Part shown: piece by piece, positions 1 through 9,437 of the stretch
Position numbering within the stretch: position 1 is the stretch's first letter
Layout of the letters: the number at the start of each line of letters is the position of its first letter
Origin: Candidatus Muiribacteriota bacterium
Lineage (GTDB): Bacteria > Muiribacteriota > Muiribacteriia > Muiribacteriales > Muiribacteriaceae
Length of the DNA: 19,459 bases
Assembly (NCBI GenBank): GCA_051747805.1
Contig: JBNJGP010000014.1
Location: 20,269 to 39,727 of the forward strand
Direction of reading: 5' to 3'
Program-made: the position numbers and the translations under genes
The notes under the pieces: model-generated
The model's database searches: none
What the model was told of the DNA's origin: nothing
The model's input: the letters and a program-made list of their open reading frames with translations, nothing else

Positions 1-171
1 CAGTTTTCTTTACTTCTTCTTTTTCTTTCAGGTCTGATTCATCATCTTTTTCCTCAATTTCAGAAGGCTTTTCAGTTTTCTTTACTTCTTCTTTTTCTTT
101 CAGGTCTGATTCATCATCTTTTTCCTCAATTTCAGAAGGCTTTTCAGTTTTCTTTACTTCTTCTTTTTCTT
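1..171 (-). repeat. Perfect 72-bp coding tandem repeat (~2.4 copies, truncated by window edge); unit EKEEVKKTEKPSEIEEKDDESDLK
   Basis: CAGTTTTCTTTACTTC recurs at 1, 73 and 145, with identity continuing to 171. Confidence 0.97.
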
Positions 172-3100
172 CTTCTACAAATTCTTCTGATTTATCTACC
201 TGATCATCATCATAAACTTCTTTAATCATTTTCATTTTTTTTCGTTTTCTCATTATCATAAATAAAACTGCCAGAAGCATTAAAAGAATTAAAAGAATAA
301 TTGTAAATATTACTCCCCATGATGTACCTTTTTCTTCTTCAACTACTTGAACTGGTGCAGGAACAATATCTTTAATTTTATCCTCAATCAAGAATATATT
401 GGTTATATAATCATTTTGAAGTTCATCTGAATGCTCGCTGTACTCATACCAGAATTCAATACTAAAAGGATTATCTTCGATTAAAAAATCTATATTAATC
501 GCAAAATATACTGTGCTGACAGGATAAAACTTCTGGGAAGTAATCTGAAAACTGTGATGTTTCTGTAATTCCCGTCCAAATGTTTTCAGATAGGATACAA
601 AATCCGGATTTTTGATTTTGTCAATAATTTCAGCAAAATCATTCTGCCTCATAGAAGTTATAACTGTAGTTAACTCCTTCATCATCATCTGACGTAAATC
701 ATTGTCCTCAAGGGCTTTATCAGTTACATGTGTTGAGTGGTGAAGCAATTTTCTTCCAAAATTCAAATTGTTCAGATAATTTTCACTGGTAATTTTTATT
801 TCCGGAGCAAGTTCTCCAATTTCAAGTAATTCTTCATGAAACTCAACATATTCATCATAGAACATATTAAAATAATCTATATTAATATCATTGTCACTTT
901 CATAAATTTGTATAATATTACCTCTTGCAATATTTATTATATTAAAAAATTCATTAAATTTATTTCTTAAATAATTATAATCCTCCAGCTGGGTTTCAAT
1001 CTGATTTCGATTTGAGGCTATATACTCAGTTACAAGTGGATATCCCCAGTATTTTTCAAGCATTAATATCTGTTTTATCTGAGCCTCTTCCATAGGAACA
1101 AGCTCATCAAAAGAAATCTCTTCGTATATTTTTACAGCTTTATCATATTCTTCAAAAGTTCCAGTTTCATAAGTTTTCTTGGTAATTAAAGATTCAATAA
1201 TACTCTGTTTAGTTAAAATACCCTCCTCTTCATCAACTTCTTCAATATAAGACCATAATTGACTAAACTTCTCTTTATAGGAAAATATAATCAAAAGTTC
1301 TTCATAATTTGTATCAGTATAAGCTTCAAAATTTTTGCTGAATGATGTTTTATTCCCGGCCTTATCTTCGGCTTCAACATGAATTTTATATCTTCCTTCT
1401 TCATTTATTTCAAATTCAGTTGTTTCTAATTCTTCATCGTTCAAGCTAACAGATTTATAATCGAGGTTTTCATCAATAATATCAACTTCAAGTCGGACAG
1501 GAAGTCTGAATAAATTATCATCTTCAATATTAGTGACAATTTCGGGAGATGTATTATCAATAATAATTTCATAACTTTTTGAAGCTTCATTATTTGCCTT
1601 ATCTTCAGCATGAATATCAAGTATATAATGACCTTCCTCCGTCAGATTAATTTCACGGCGGAGCTCACGACCATTAAGCTCAATTTCAACAATATCAAGA
1701 TTTTCATCATTTACATTAACAACTCCCTCATAACTTGTAAGATAGTTAATATCATCAAGAGACGGGTTAATTTCAATTTGAGGTGGAGTTTTATCAAGAG
1801 TAAAATAAATAAATTCAGATTCAAGAAGTTTACCCTCTTTATCATAAAGTTTTGCAGCAAATTTCTGTCTTCCTTCTGAAGAAATTTGAAAGTTTAAAGG
1901 TATTTCCTTACTATCTAAATAAAAATCAAGAGTATAGTCATCAATGCCAGATACTCTGTAATCCGATGTGAAATCTTTAGAGTAAAATCTGTCCTCAACT
2001 GGAACATTAATATCCAGCTCAGGTCTTCTAACTGTTATTTCATCATCAGACTGCTTTGCATCTCTAACATCTCTACTTACAACCTGTTCCCGATCCCCTT
2101 TAACGGCAGGTTCATACTCATCAAGCGGAATACCCTGAATAATTCTTGACATATATTTATGATGAAAATCCTCAAAATCGGTTGTTTCTGTATAAAAAGT
2201 AACTTGAAAGTCTGATTCCATCATATTATTATTTAAATCATAAATATTAGAAATAATTAACTGATACTTTGTTCCTCTGTCTAAATTCTCTCTTGGAGTT
2301 GCAATAATGGTTTTCTGGTCAACATCATAAGTTATGGAAACATCAACATACTCACGTTTTTCAGCATTATACAGAAGTATTTTGTTTCTTACAGTAGAAT
2401 CAAAAAGTATTTTTTCTGAAAAAGTTATAGATAAATTATCCCGTACTGACACCATTGTCTGATTGTTTACCGGCCAGCTTTTTACAACCCATGGCGGTAT
2501 TTTTTCATAACCCAGATGAAATACAAGAGGAGAGCCCGGATAATTAAGCTCAATAGTTCTTCCCAGGTTTTTCATTTTCGAAGTGTATCTTATATCGTGA
2601 TTCTGCCATACAAGAAACTCATAAAGAGTAATATTCTCGTTGAAAGTACCAACAGTAATTTCTAACATGCTTCGGCGATTATCAATTTCTGTAAAATCAT
2701 AATCTGAATCATGCGCTTCAAAAAAAGGCTCATTCACAACAAGTCTGTAGGGACCAGTCTTTATATCATCCTGGTTCTCAATATATTTCCCATTTTTAAC
2801 ACTGTATAATTTATATTTAATATCGTTTAAAACTTCACCTTCCTTATTTTTTATAATCCCCTTGAAATTCCAGGTTAAGCCCTCTGTTAGAACAATTTTA
2901 GGGTTAAAATTATAAAAGGAGGCTTTACCATTTTCATTAGCAATTGTAAAATCATTTTCATACGAAGAAAAATCAGAATTATGATTTCTGCTGTCGGGAG
3001 CATTAACCTTAAGTATATAGTCTCCAGGCTCTACGGAAGGAAAATTAAACTCGGAATCACCGGTAATTATTTTATTATCATTAAGACTAACCTCAATATA

Positions 3101-3217
3101 TTCATAAACAGGCTTTTCCTCTTTGTTGACAATAAACCCCTTTACTTCAGTAAAAGAATAAATTTGCAGGGATAAAAATCCAAAAAGAACTAATATTAAT
3201 AAATACTTTTTTTCCAT
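2..3217 (-). CDS. Large secreted/membrane-anchored Ig-like domain protein (>=1072 aa, 3'-partial)
   Basis: Manually translated. ATG at 3217 with AAGGA upstream. N-terminus MEKKYLLILVLFGFLSLQIYS looks like a signal peptide. Big_5-like segment (PPWVVKSWPVNNQTMVSVRDNLSITFSE...LDRGTKYQLIIS...VTFYT, ~2500-2190). Tandem Ig-like repeats with DKTPP/DNTSP starts and AEDKANN/AEDKAGN ends (~2030-1320). TM helix WGVIFTIILLILLMLLAVFIMIM followed by RKRKK (~320-240), then an acidic repeat tail. The frame is the same at both ends and I saw no stop. Confidence 0.9.
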   Translation of the reverse strand, partial: MEKKYLLILVLFGFLSLQIYSFTEVKGFIVNKEEKPVYEYIEVSLNDNKIITGDSEFNFPSVEPGDYILKVNAPDSRNHNSDFSSYENDFTIANENGKASFYNFNPKIVLTEGLTWNFKGIIKNKEGEVLNDIKYKLYSVKNGKYIENQDDIKTGPYRLVVNEPFFEAHDSDYDFTEIDNRRSMLEITVGTFNENITLYEFLVWQNHDIRYTSKMKNLGRTIELNYPGSPLVFHLGYEKIPPWVVKSWPVNNQTMVSVRDNLSITFSEKILFDSTVRNKILLYNAEKREYVDVSITYDVDQKTIIATPRENLDRGTKYQLIISNIYDLNNNMMESDFQVTFYTETTDFEDFHHKYMSRIIQGIPLDEYEPAVKGDREQVVSRDVRDAKQSDDEITVRRPELDINVPVEDRFYSKDFTSDYRVSGIDDYTLDFYLDSKEIPLNFQISSEGRQKFAAKLYDKEGKLLESEFIYFTLDKTPPQIEINPSLDDINYLTSYEGVVNVNDENLDIVEIELNGRELRREINLTEEGHYILDIHAEDKANNEASKSYEIIIDNTSPEIVTNIEDDNLFRLPVRLEVDIIDENLDYKSVSLNDEELETTEFEINEEGRYKIHVEAEDKAGNKTSFSKNFEAYTDTNYEELLIIFSYKEKFSQLWSYIEEVDEEEGILTKQSIIESLITKKTYETGTFEEYDKAVKIYEEISFDELVPMEEAQIKQILMLEKYWGYPLVTEYIASNRNQIETQLEDYNYLRNKFNEFFNIINIARGNIIQIYESDNDINIDYFNMFYDEYVEFHEELLEIGELAPEIKITSENYLNNLNFGRKLLHHSTHVTDKALEDNDLRQMMMKELTTVITSMRQNDFAEIIDKIKNPDFVSYLKTFGRELQKHHSFQITSQKFYPVSTVYFAINIDFLIEDNPFSIEFWYEYSEHSDELQNDYITNIFLIEDKIKDIVPAPVQVVEEEKGTSWGVIFTIILLILLMLLAVLFMIMRKRKKMKMIKEVYDDDQVDKSEEFVEEEKEEVKKTEKPSEIEEKDDESDLKEKEEVKKTEKPSEIEEKDDESDLKEKEEVKKT

Positions 3218-3432
3218 AAAAATTTCCTTATAAATTCTTAATTTTATTAAATTTTTTATTATTTTACAACATGATGAAGCATATTTTTTTAAAATAACGT
3301 ATATATCATTATATATATACATTTTATATACATTAGTGTATCGGCAAATTGTTACATTTTTTGAAACTCATCTACTTGTTTTTTTTAAAAAAGATGTATA
3401 ATATATCCTCAAACGCTTTTACGGGAGAGTTT
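3218..3432. promoter_or_regulatory. Divergent AT-rich promoter region (surface protein gene / guaB operon)
   Basis: Intergenic region between divergent starts. TATAAT at 3397-3402 (+) and at 3308-3313 (-); -35 boxes are poor. RBS GGGAG before ATG 3433. Confidence 0.5.
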
Positions 3433-4917
3433 ATGAATTATTTAACTGATTCTTTCATGAAAAACTTCAAGTTCGAAGCCCTTACTTTTGATGATGTGTC
3501 ATTAAAAACCAGGTATTCTGAAACATTACCTGATAAGTGTAAAATCAACTCAAACCTTACTAAAAATATTTCTCTCAACACACCTCTGCTATCTGCCGCA
3601 ATGGATACTGTCACAGAATGGGAAATGGCTGTTGCGATGGCAAAAAATGGTGGAATAGGAATTGTTCACAAAAATCTGAGTATTCAAAATCAGGCAAAAG
3701 AAGTGGCCAAAGTTAAAAAATTTCTTAACGGTTTTATTGAAAAACCAGTTTATTTTTATGATGATGTGAGTATTGATTTTATTTTAAAAACAAAAAAGCT
3801 GAATGAATATAATTTTTCATCTTTCCCAATTATTTCAAAAGAAAATAAACTTTCTGGAATTATTACATCTCATGATTTAAAGTTTATTCAAAACAGAGAT
3901 GACTGCGTAAAAAAACATATGGAAAAAAATGTTATTACTGGCTCACCTGATATGAACTACGAAGAAGCCTATAAAAAAATGATTAATAATAAAGTAGGCA
4001 AACTTCCAATAGTAAACCATGAAAATAAACTCTGCGGTCTTTATTCTCTTTTTGATATTAAAAGCATTGTTGAGCATACTTTTTCAAAAATGAATGTTGA
4101 TGATAAACATCGACTTAGAGTTGGAGCTGCCGTTTCCCCTTACGAGTATGAAAGAATTATTAAACTTATTGAAAACGGTGTTGATGTTATTGTTATTGAT
4201 ACAGCCCATGGTCATTCAAAAGGAGTTATTGAAACTATAAAAGAAGTTAAAAATAATTACTCAATTGACATTATAGCCGGAAACATTGCAACTTCCGAGG
4301 CGGCCCTGGATTTATACAATGCAGGTGCGGACGCTGTAAAAGTTGGAATAGGTCCAGGTTCTATATGTACAACAAGGGTAGTTGCAGGAGTTGGAGTCCC
4401 TCAGATAACCGCTATTTATGATTGTGCCAGAGTATTAAGAAATAAAATACCGGTCATAGCTGATGGAGGCGTAAGGTATTCTGGAGACCTTGCAAAAGCT
4501 TTTGCCGCAGGTGCCTCATCTGTTATGATGGGATCATGTTTTGCGGGCTGCGAAGAGTCTCCCGGGGAAAAAATTCTTTATAATGGAAGAAAATTTGTTA
4601 TTTATAGGGGTATGGGTTCCCTGGACGCAATGAAAAGCGGAGAGGGTTCCAGAAAAAGATATTTTCAGGATAATTCAGACAGTAAAAAACTTGTGCCGGA
4701 AGGGATTGAAGGAATGGTTCCATACTCCGGTTCTGTAGATGATATTATATATCAATTTACTGGTGGTTTACGAGCCTCAATGGGCTACAGCGGGACGAGA
4801 ACCATATTTGATTTTCATAAACAGGCAGAATTTGTTAAAATGTCTGCGGCCGGATTGAGCGAGGCACATCCCCATGATGTAAGAATAACTAAAGAGGCCC
4901 CGAACTACAGAAAGTAA
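3433..4917 (+). CDS. guaB: Inosine-5'-monophosphate dehydrogenase with CBS pair
   Basis: Motifs [34 protein letters not shown] (catalytic Cys), IADGG, YRGMGS, VPEGIEG, EAPNY. Start moved from TTG 3349 to ATG 3433, which follows GGGAG. Confidence 0.98.
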   Translation: MNYLTDSFMKNFKFEALTFDDVSLKTRYSETLPDKCKINSNLTKNISLNTPLLSAAMDTVTEWEMAVAMAKNGGIGIVHKNLSIQNQAKEVAKVKKFLNGFIEKPVYFYDDVSIDFILKTKKLNEYNFSSFPIISKENKLSGIITSHDLKFIQNRDDCVKKHMEKNVITGSPDMNYEEAYKKMINNKVGKLPIVNHENKLCGLYSLFDIKSIVEHTFSKMNVDDKHRLRVGAAVSPYEYERIIKLIENGVDVIVIDTAHGHSKGVIETIKEVKNNYSIDIIAGNIATSEAALDLYNAGADAVKVGIGPGSICTTRVVAGVGVPQITAIYDCARVLRNKIPVIADGGVRYSGDLAKAFAAGASSVMMGSCFAGCEESPGEKILYNGRKFVIYRGMGSLDAMKSGEGSRKRYFQDNSDSKKLVPEGIEGMVPYSGSVDDIIYQFTGGLRASMGYSGTRTIFDFHKQAEFVKMSAAGLSEAHPHDVRITKEAPNYRK

Positions 4918-4929
4918 AAGGAGTTTTGA

Positions 4930-6405
4930 ATGAATTATTTTGAGGATTATCAGGTTATTGGAATTTGTGGTTCTGCCTGGGGCGATGAGGGGAAAGGAAA
5001 ATTCACCGATTTTTTTGCCAGGCATGCAGATATTATAATTCGTGCACAGGGCGGTAATAATGCCGGTCACACTGTTAAAGCCGATGGAAAAACCCTGAAA
5101 CTGCATATTGTGCCCTCTGGTATTATTTACTCAGATAAAATTAATATAATTGGAAACGGTGTAGTTATTGATATTTTTTCTCTTGTACATGATGAAATTG
5201 AAGTGCTGTCAAAAAATAATATTTCATGTGAAAATTTAAAAATTTCAGCCCATTCCCATTTAATTTTTCCATATCATAAATTACTTGATTTTGCCATGAG
5301 CTACAGCAGAATTGGAACAACAGGACGTGGAATTGGTCCTTGTTATGCAGATAAAGTATATAGGCGCGGAATAAAAACTGGTGAGATATTTAATAAAGAT
5401 GAGGTTAAAAACAGAATCAGTGAAGAGGTGAATTTTTATAATCAATTTTTAAAAATATTTGATAACTTAGATGAAGTTATTGAATTATTTCTTGAAAAAA
5501 ATCCCTTTTTTAAATCAATTTTTAATTATGATAACACTCTGAACGGAGATGAGATTTTTTCTCTAATATCTGAATACTCTAAAAAAGTAAAAAAATATAT
5601 ATGTAATCATAGAGAAATTATTCACCCGGCAGTTAAACAGGGTAAAAAAATACTGCTTGAAGGCGCACAGGGACTTTTACTGGATATTGACCACGGCACT
5701 TATCCTTTCGTAACTTCCTCAAACGCTTCCGCCGGCGGATTATCTACTGGAACCGGTATAAGCCCCGAAAATATAGATAGAATTTTTTCTGTCTCCGGAG
5801 CCTATTTAACTCGTGTTGGAAACGGCCCTTTCCCCTCAGAACTGGGAACTTATTCTCAGATTAAAAAGGAAAACGGCAATCAGAGATTAACACCTGAAGA
5901 AAGCAAGATTTTAATGAAAAGTTCAAAAAGTAATTATGAAACAGGGAAGTCAATTAGACATACCGCAGGTGAATTCGGAACAACAACCGGGCGTCCCCGG
6001 AGGGTTGGCTGGCTTGATATTCCAATTCTTAAATACTGCGGTGAAATAAATGGAACAGACTTTATTATAACCAAATTTGATGTACTTGATTATATGCCTG
6101 AAATAAAATTAGTAAAAAATTATAAATATACCGGGAAAGATAATATTTTTTTAGATGGACAAAACGTTATGAAAGGTGATATAATAAAATCGTTGCCTGC
6201 CAATATAGACATATTAGAAAATATTGAACCCGCAGAATATATTACGGTTGAGGGCTGGATGTGCTCCACAGAGGGCATAAAAACCTATGACAATCTGCCG
6301 GATAAAGCTAAGCTGTTTATTAAAAAAATTGAAGAAAGTTCAAATATTAACGTAAGAATTTTATCTGTCGGCCCCCGCAGGGAGCAGACAATAAAAATAA
6401 AATAA
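4930..6405 (+). CDS. purA: Adenylosuccinate synthetase (long form with insertions)
   Basis: Motifs WGDEGKGK, GGNNAGHT, IGTTGRGIGP, EGAQG, GTYPFVTSS, TRVGNGPFP, EFGTTTGRPRRVGWLD, SVGP. RBS AGGAG. Confidence 0.98.
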   Translation: MNYFEDYQVIGICGSAWGDEGKGKFTDFFARHADIIIRAQGGNNAGHTVKADGKTLKLHIVPSGIIYSDKINIIGNGVVIDIFSLVHDEIEVLSKNNISCENLKISAHSHLIFPYHKLLDFAMSYSRIGTTGRGIGPCYADKVYRRGIKTGEIFNKDEVKNRISEEVNFYNQFLKIFDNLDEVIELFLEKNPFFKSIFNYDNTLNGDEIFSLISEYSKKVKKYICNHREIIHPAVKQGKKILLEGAQGLLLDIDHGTYPFVTSSNASAGGLSTGTGISPENIDRIFSVSGAYLTRVGNGPFPSELGTYSQIKKENGNQRLTPEESKILMKSSKSNYETGKSIRHTAGEFGTTTGRPRRVGWLDIPILKYCGEINGTDFIITKFDVLDYMPEIKLVKNYKYTGKDNIFLDGQNVMKGDIIKSLPANIDILENIEPAEYITVEGWMCSTEGIKTYDNLPDKAKLFIKKIEESSNINVRILSVGPRREQTIKIK

Positions 6406-6433
6406 AGTATTATTTTAAAAAAGAGGTTTTGTA

Positions 6434-6631
6434 ATGAAAGACAAAGACAAAAAATTTATTCTCAACATTTTTGACATTGACGAAAATGGTTTTGATGAAC
6501 TTGTTTCAAAAGTTAAATCTCTACCTGATGACGGCGATGAGTGTAAGGAAAATTATATTAAATCCATTACTGAAAACATGCCCGGCAGAGATCAGTACGA
6601 GGTTAAAAAAATATTACTTCATAGACTGTAA
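6434..6631 (+). CDS. 65-aa hypothetical protein, or N-terminal part of the downstream radical SAM gene
   Basis: RBS GAGG before the ATG. Same reading frame as 6647..7405, separated by a single TAA at 6629-6631. Confidence 0.6.
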   Translation: MKDKDKKFILNIFDIDENGFDELVSKVKSLPDDGDECKENYIKSITENMPGRDQYEVKKILLHRL

Positions 6632-6646
6632 AAGTCAGGAAAATTT

Positions 6647-7405
6647 GTGTGGACTGATAAAATATGGCTTACTGTTGAAACTTCATCTTTTTGTAATTAT
6701 AGTTGTCCTTATTGCTCACAGCATAATTACAGACTAAAAGACAAACGTTTTTTAAAGCTTGATGAATGGAAAAAAATCATTGATGATTTTATAAACAGTA
6801 AAAGAAAAATTTCTAATCTAAACCCTTTCTACAGAGGAGAGCCGTTACTAAATCCTGAATTCGGGGATATGATTTATTATTTTTTAAATAAATCCAGGCA
6901 GTTTCTTTTTTGTGATTTTATTGTTATTCATACAAATGGTTTTTTTCTTGAAGATGAAAATTTAAAAGCTATATTAAGGGCTTCCAATCAGCAAATACTA
7001 CCTCATCCCAACGATTTATTTATTTCACTTGATGCCTCTAATGCCGAAACATACCGGAAAATTCGTAAAGGGGGAGATTTTAACAGAGTAGTGTCTAATA
7101 TAAAAAATTTTTTAATTCACCGGAAAAAACTTAATCAGTTTGGTCCTAATATTGTTTTACAATATATTATTTCCAAAAAAAATGTAGATGAAGTTTCTGA
7201 CTTTTATAAATTCGCCATGGATTTATTCTGTAAATACTCTCATAAACCTGTAGACATTCAATATTCAAAAGATAATTCACCGTGGAGAGTTAAAACCGAT
7301 ACTATATACTATCGTGTATTAGAGGGAGAAAGGCATCAATTTGAAAATAACCGGGAAGTTTTTTTTTCAGGATTGAAAAAGCTAAAAAAAAATGATATTA
7401 TTTAA
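6647..7405 (+). CDS. Radical SAM protein (no obvious SPASM/twitch C-terminus)
   Basis: VETSSFCNYSCPYC (CxxxCxxC), GEPLL, HTNG, ISLDA..ETYRKIR.GGDF..V..NI. GTG start with AGGA 6 nt upstream. Confidence 0.9.
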   Translation: MWTDKIWLTVETSSFCNYSCPYCSQHNYRLKDKRFLKLDEWKKIIDDFINSKRKISNLNPFYRGEPLLNPEFGDMIYYFLNKSRQFLFCDFIVIHTNGFFLEDENLKAILRASNQQILPHPNDLFISLDASNAETYRKIRKGGDFNRVVSNIKNFLIHRKKLNQFGPNIVLQYIISKKNVDEVSDFYKFAMDLFCKYSHKPVDIQYSKDNSPWRVKTDTIYYRVLEGERHQFENNREVFFSGLKKLKKNDII

Positions 7406-7469
7406 ATCTAAAGAGGCTGTTGAAAAAATTTTAAAGCGTATTTAAAATTAATATTAAACTATTACAGAT

Positions 7470-7485
7470 ATAACTTGAGTTTAGC
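7470..7485 (+). promoter_or_regulatory. 16-bp motif ATAACTTGAGTTTAGC, copy 1 (putative operator or dispersed repeat end)
   Basis: Identical to 19444-19459. Contains the dyad AACT-TG-AGTT and ends 23 nt upstream of the lipoprotein ATG. Confidence 0.5.
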
Positions 7486-7508
7486 AAATTTTTAAAAAAG
7501 GTTGGATT

Positions 7509-8615
7509 ATGGAAAAATTAAATAAATATTTTATAATTTTATTATGTGCTTTATTATTTATTTTTTCCGGTTGCGGGGAAGATAAAGAAGAAGAAGTTTT
7601 AACAGATGAAAGAATCCAGAAAGATGAAACTGTAAAAGATACCCACGATGATAAAAATGATAAATCCAAAGAGGAAATCACCCAAAAAAAGGAAAAAAAA
7701 CTAATTGAAACTTCCAGTTTAAAAGAACTTCTACATGATAACCTGCTTGCTGTTTTAAAAGTTAACTATAATGAGTTTGTTCAAACTGATATTTTCCAGC
7801 TTATTAAAGCTCAACAAAACATAAAAGGTCAAACCCGGAAGTTAGATGAATTTTCACAAAAAACCGGCTTTAAGCCTGAAGAATCCTTAAACAACATATT
7901 TATTTTAATCGATGAGGAAGCGGGAGAGGATAACTCTAAAACTGCATTAGCCTTTGATGGAGATTTTAATCCCAAAAAAATGTTAAAGGCTTTTGATGAA
8001 ATGGAAACCGAGGATGGCGACTCTTATGAGACAAAAATTTATGAAGAGTTGAATTTCCAGGTTGCTCCAGATGGAAACGCGTTTGCTTTCTTTGATAAAA
8101 ACACTCTTTTAATGGGAAATTTCACCTATTTAAAAACTTTATACGATAATTTTATTCAGAAAAAATCTCTTGAAGAAATACCACATCATATTTTTTATGA
8201 TGTTTTAAAAGATGATAGTTCATATATATTAACCGGAATAATGACTATTATGGAAGAAACCAGAAAACAGATTATAAATAATTATCCTGTTGAGAAAGAA
8301 ATGGCCGATATTTCAAAAATCCGGCTTAATATGAATCTTACCCCTCTTGTTTTTTTATCTCTTGACCTTTTCTATTCAGAGGCAGAAAATGCCCAGAAAT
8401 TTGCAGAATCTCTTGGAAATTTAAAGTTAATGGGTATTATGTATGCTTCTAAGTTTAATCTTAATGAGCTTGTTTCTAAAATTGATTTTTCAGCAGAAGG
8501 AAAGAAAGTAAATTTAAACGTAGCATTAACAAAGGACGAAATAGCACAATTAATTAAAATATTTCAAAGTATGAATGTAGAAGGACAAAAAAATAATGGG
8601 AATGATAATAAATGA
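7509..8615 (+). CDS. Putative lipoprotein of unknown function
   Basis: Hydrophobic signal ending in lipobox FSG-C, followed by a charged linker and a globular domain. Overlaps the cheR start by 20 nt. Confidence 0.85.
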   Translation: MEKLNKYFIILLCALLFIFSGCGEDKEEEVLTDERIQKDETVKDTHDDKNDKSKEEITQKKEKKLIETSSLKELLHDNLLAVLKVNYNEFVQTDIFQLIKAQQNIKGQTRKLDEFSQKTGFKPEESLNNIFILIDEEAGEDNSKTALAFDGDFNPKKMLKAFDEMETEDGDSYETKIYEELNFQVAPDGNAFAFFDKNTLLMGNFTYLKTLYDNFIQKKSLEEIPHHIFYDVLKDDSSYILTGIMTIMEETRKQIINNYPVEKEMADISKIRLNMNLTPLVFLSLDLFYSEAENAQKFAESLGNLKLMGIMYASKFNLNELVSKIDFSAEGKKVNLNVALTKDEIAQLIKIFQSMNVEGQKNNGNDNK

Positions 8616-9435
8616 TGCCGAATTTCAGCTTTTTAAGGATTTAATATATAAATCAAGCGGAATGGAATTTAATCAGAAAAATAAGCTCAGATTTTCAATG
8701 CGCTTAAAGGAAAGAATGGGCGAGCTGGGTTTTAAAAATTTTAATAATTACTATAGTTATCTTAACAAAAGAAGTACTGAATCAGAAATCGAAGTTAAAA
8801 TACTACTTGATTTGCTTACTGTTAATGAAACCTCTTTTTTTAGAAATAAAAACCACTTTAAAGCCCTGAAAGAAACTATACTACCTGAGCTTTTCAAAAA
8901 GAAACCAAGTATGTTTACAAAAAAAGTTAACATTAATATCTGGAGTGCAGGCTGCTCTATGGGACAGGAACCATATTCCATTGCTATGACTTTTCTTGAG
9001 GCTGTTGGATTAAAAAGCAGACAGATAAATTTTCAGGTTTATGCAACAGATATTTCAGACACTGCCCTTGCAACTGCAAAAGAAGGCGTTTATGATAAAA
9101 AGAGACTACAGAATATTCCCGGGCTGAGTTTAAAAAAATATTTTATTGATAAAGGGAATAAAATAGAGGTTAAACCAGAGGTTAAAAAGCTGGTTACCTT
9201 TATGAACACAAACTTGAAAACAACTACATATTTAAGTGGGCTTGATGTGATATTCTGCAGAAATGTTATGATTTACTTTGATGAAAAAATGAGAGAATTT
9301 GCCGTTAAAGGATTTCATAAAGCACTTAATCCGGGAGGATATCTGTTTATAGGGCATTCTGAATCTTTATCAAAGTATAAAGACTTTTTTAAGTTTAAAG
9401 TTATTAATGGCGGAATTGTATATAAAGGGGTTTAA
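8596..9435 (+). CDS. cheR: Chemotaxis protein-glutamate O-methyltransferase CheR
   Basis: Motifs LTVNETSFFR, IWSAGCSMGQEPYSIAM, ATDIS, DVIFCRNVMIYFD, GGYLFIGHSES. Confidence 0.97.
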   Translation: MGMIINDAEFQLFKDLIYKSSGMEFNQKNKLRFSMRLKERMGELGFKNFNNYYSYLNKRSTESEIEVKILLDLLTVNETSFFRNKNHFKALKETILPELFKKKPSMFTKKVNINIWSAGCSMGQEPYSIAMTFLEAVGLKSRQINFQVYATDISDTALATAKEGVYDKKRLQNIPGLSLKKYFIDKGNKIEVKPEVKKLVTFMNTNLKTTTYLSGLDVIFCRNVMIYFDEKMREFAVKGFHKALNPGGYLFIGHSESLSKYKDFFKFKVINGGIVYKGV

Positions 9436-9437
9436 TT

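Noticed and set aside
1610..3175. Plus-strand ORFs 1610..1879 and 2981..3175
   Set aside because: Both are antisense shadows of the long minus-strand gene and show no recognisable motifs.
3301..3341. ATATACATT direct repeats and small ATACA-TTAG-TGTAT hairpin in the divergent promoter
   Set aside because: Low-complexity AT sequence with irregular spacing, too weak to call an operator.
3349..3432. N-terminal extension of guaB from TTG 3349
   Set aside because: It runs through promoter-like AT tracts. ATG 3433 has an RBS and gives a typical IMPDH length.
3218..3432. Purine riboswitch upstream of guaB
   Set aside because: No three-stem aptamer or conserved core is visible, and the leader after the likely -10 is only about 25 nt.
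6629..6631. Stop-codon reassignment or selenocysteine/pyrrolysine read-through
   Set aside because: The codon is TAA, the main terminator of the other genes here. Sec and Pyl use TGA and TAG.
7443..7471. Sigma28-type promoter for the che operon (TAAA...ACAGATAT)
   Set aside because: The -10 matches only 6/8 and the spacing is about 2 nt too long. This is not distinguishable from chance in AT-rich DNA.
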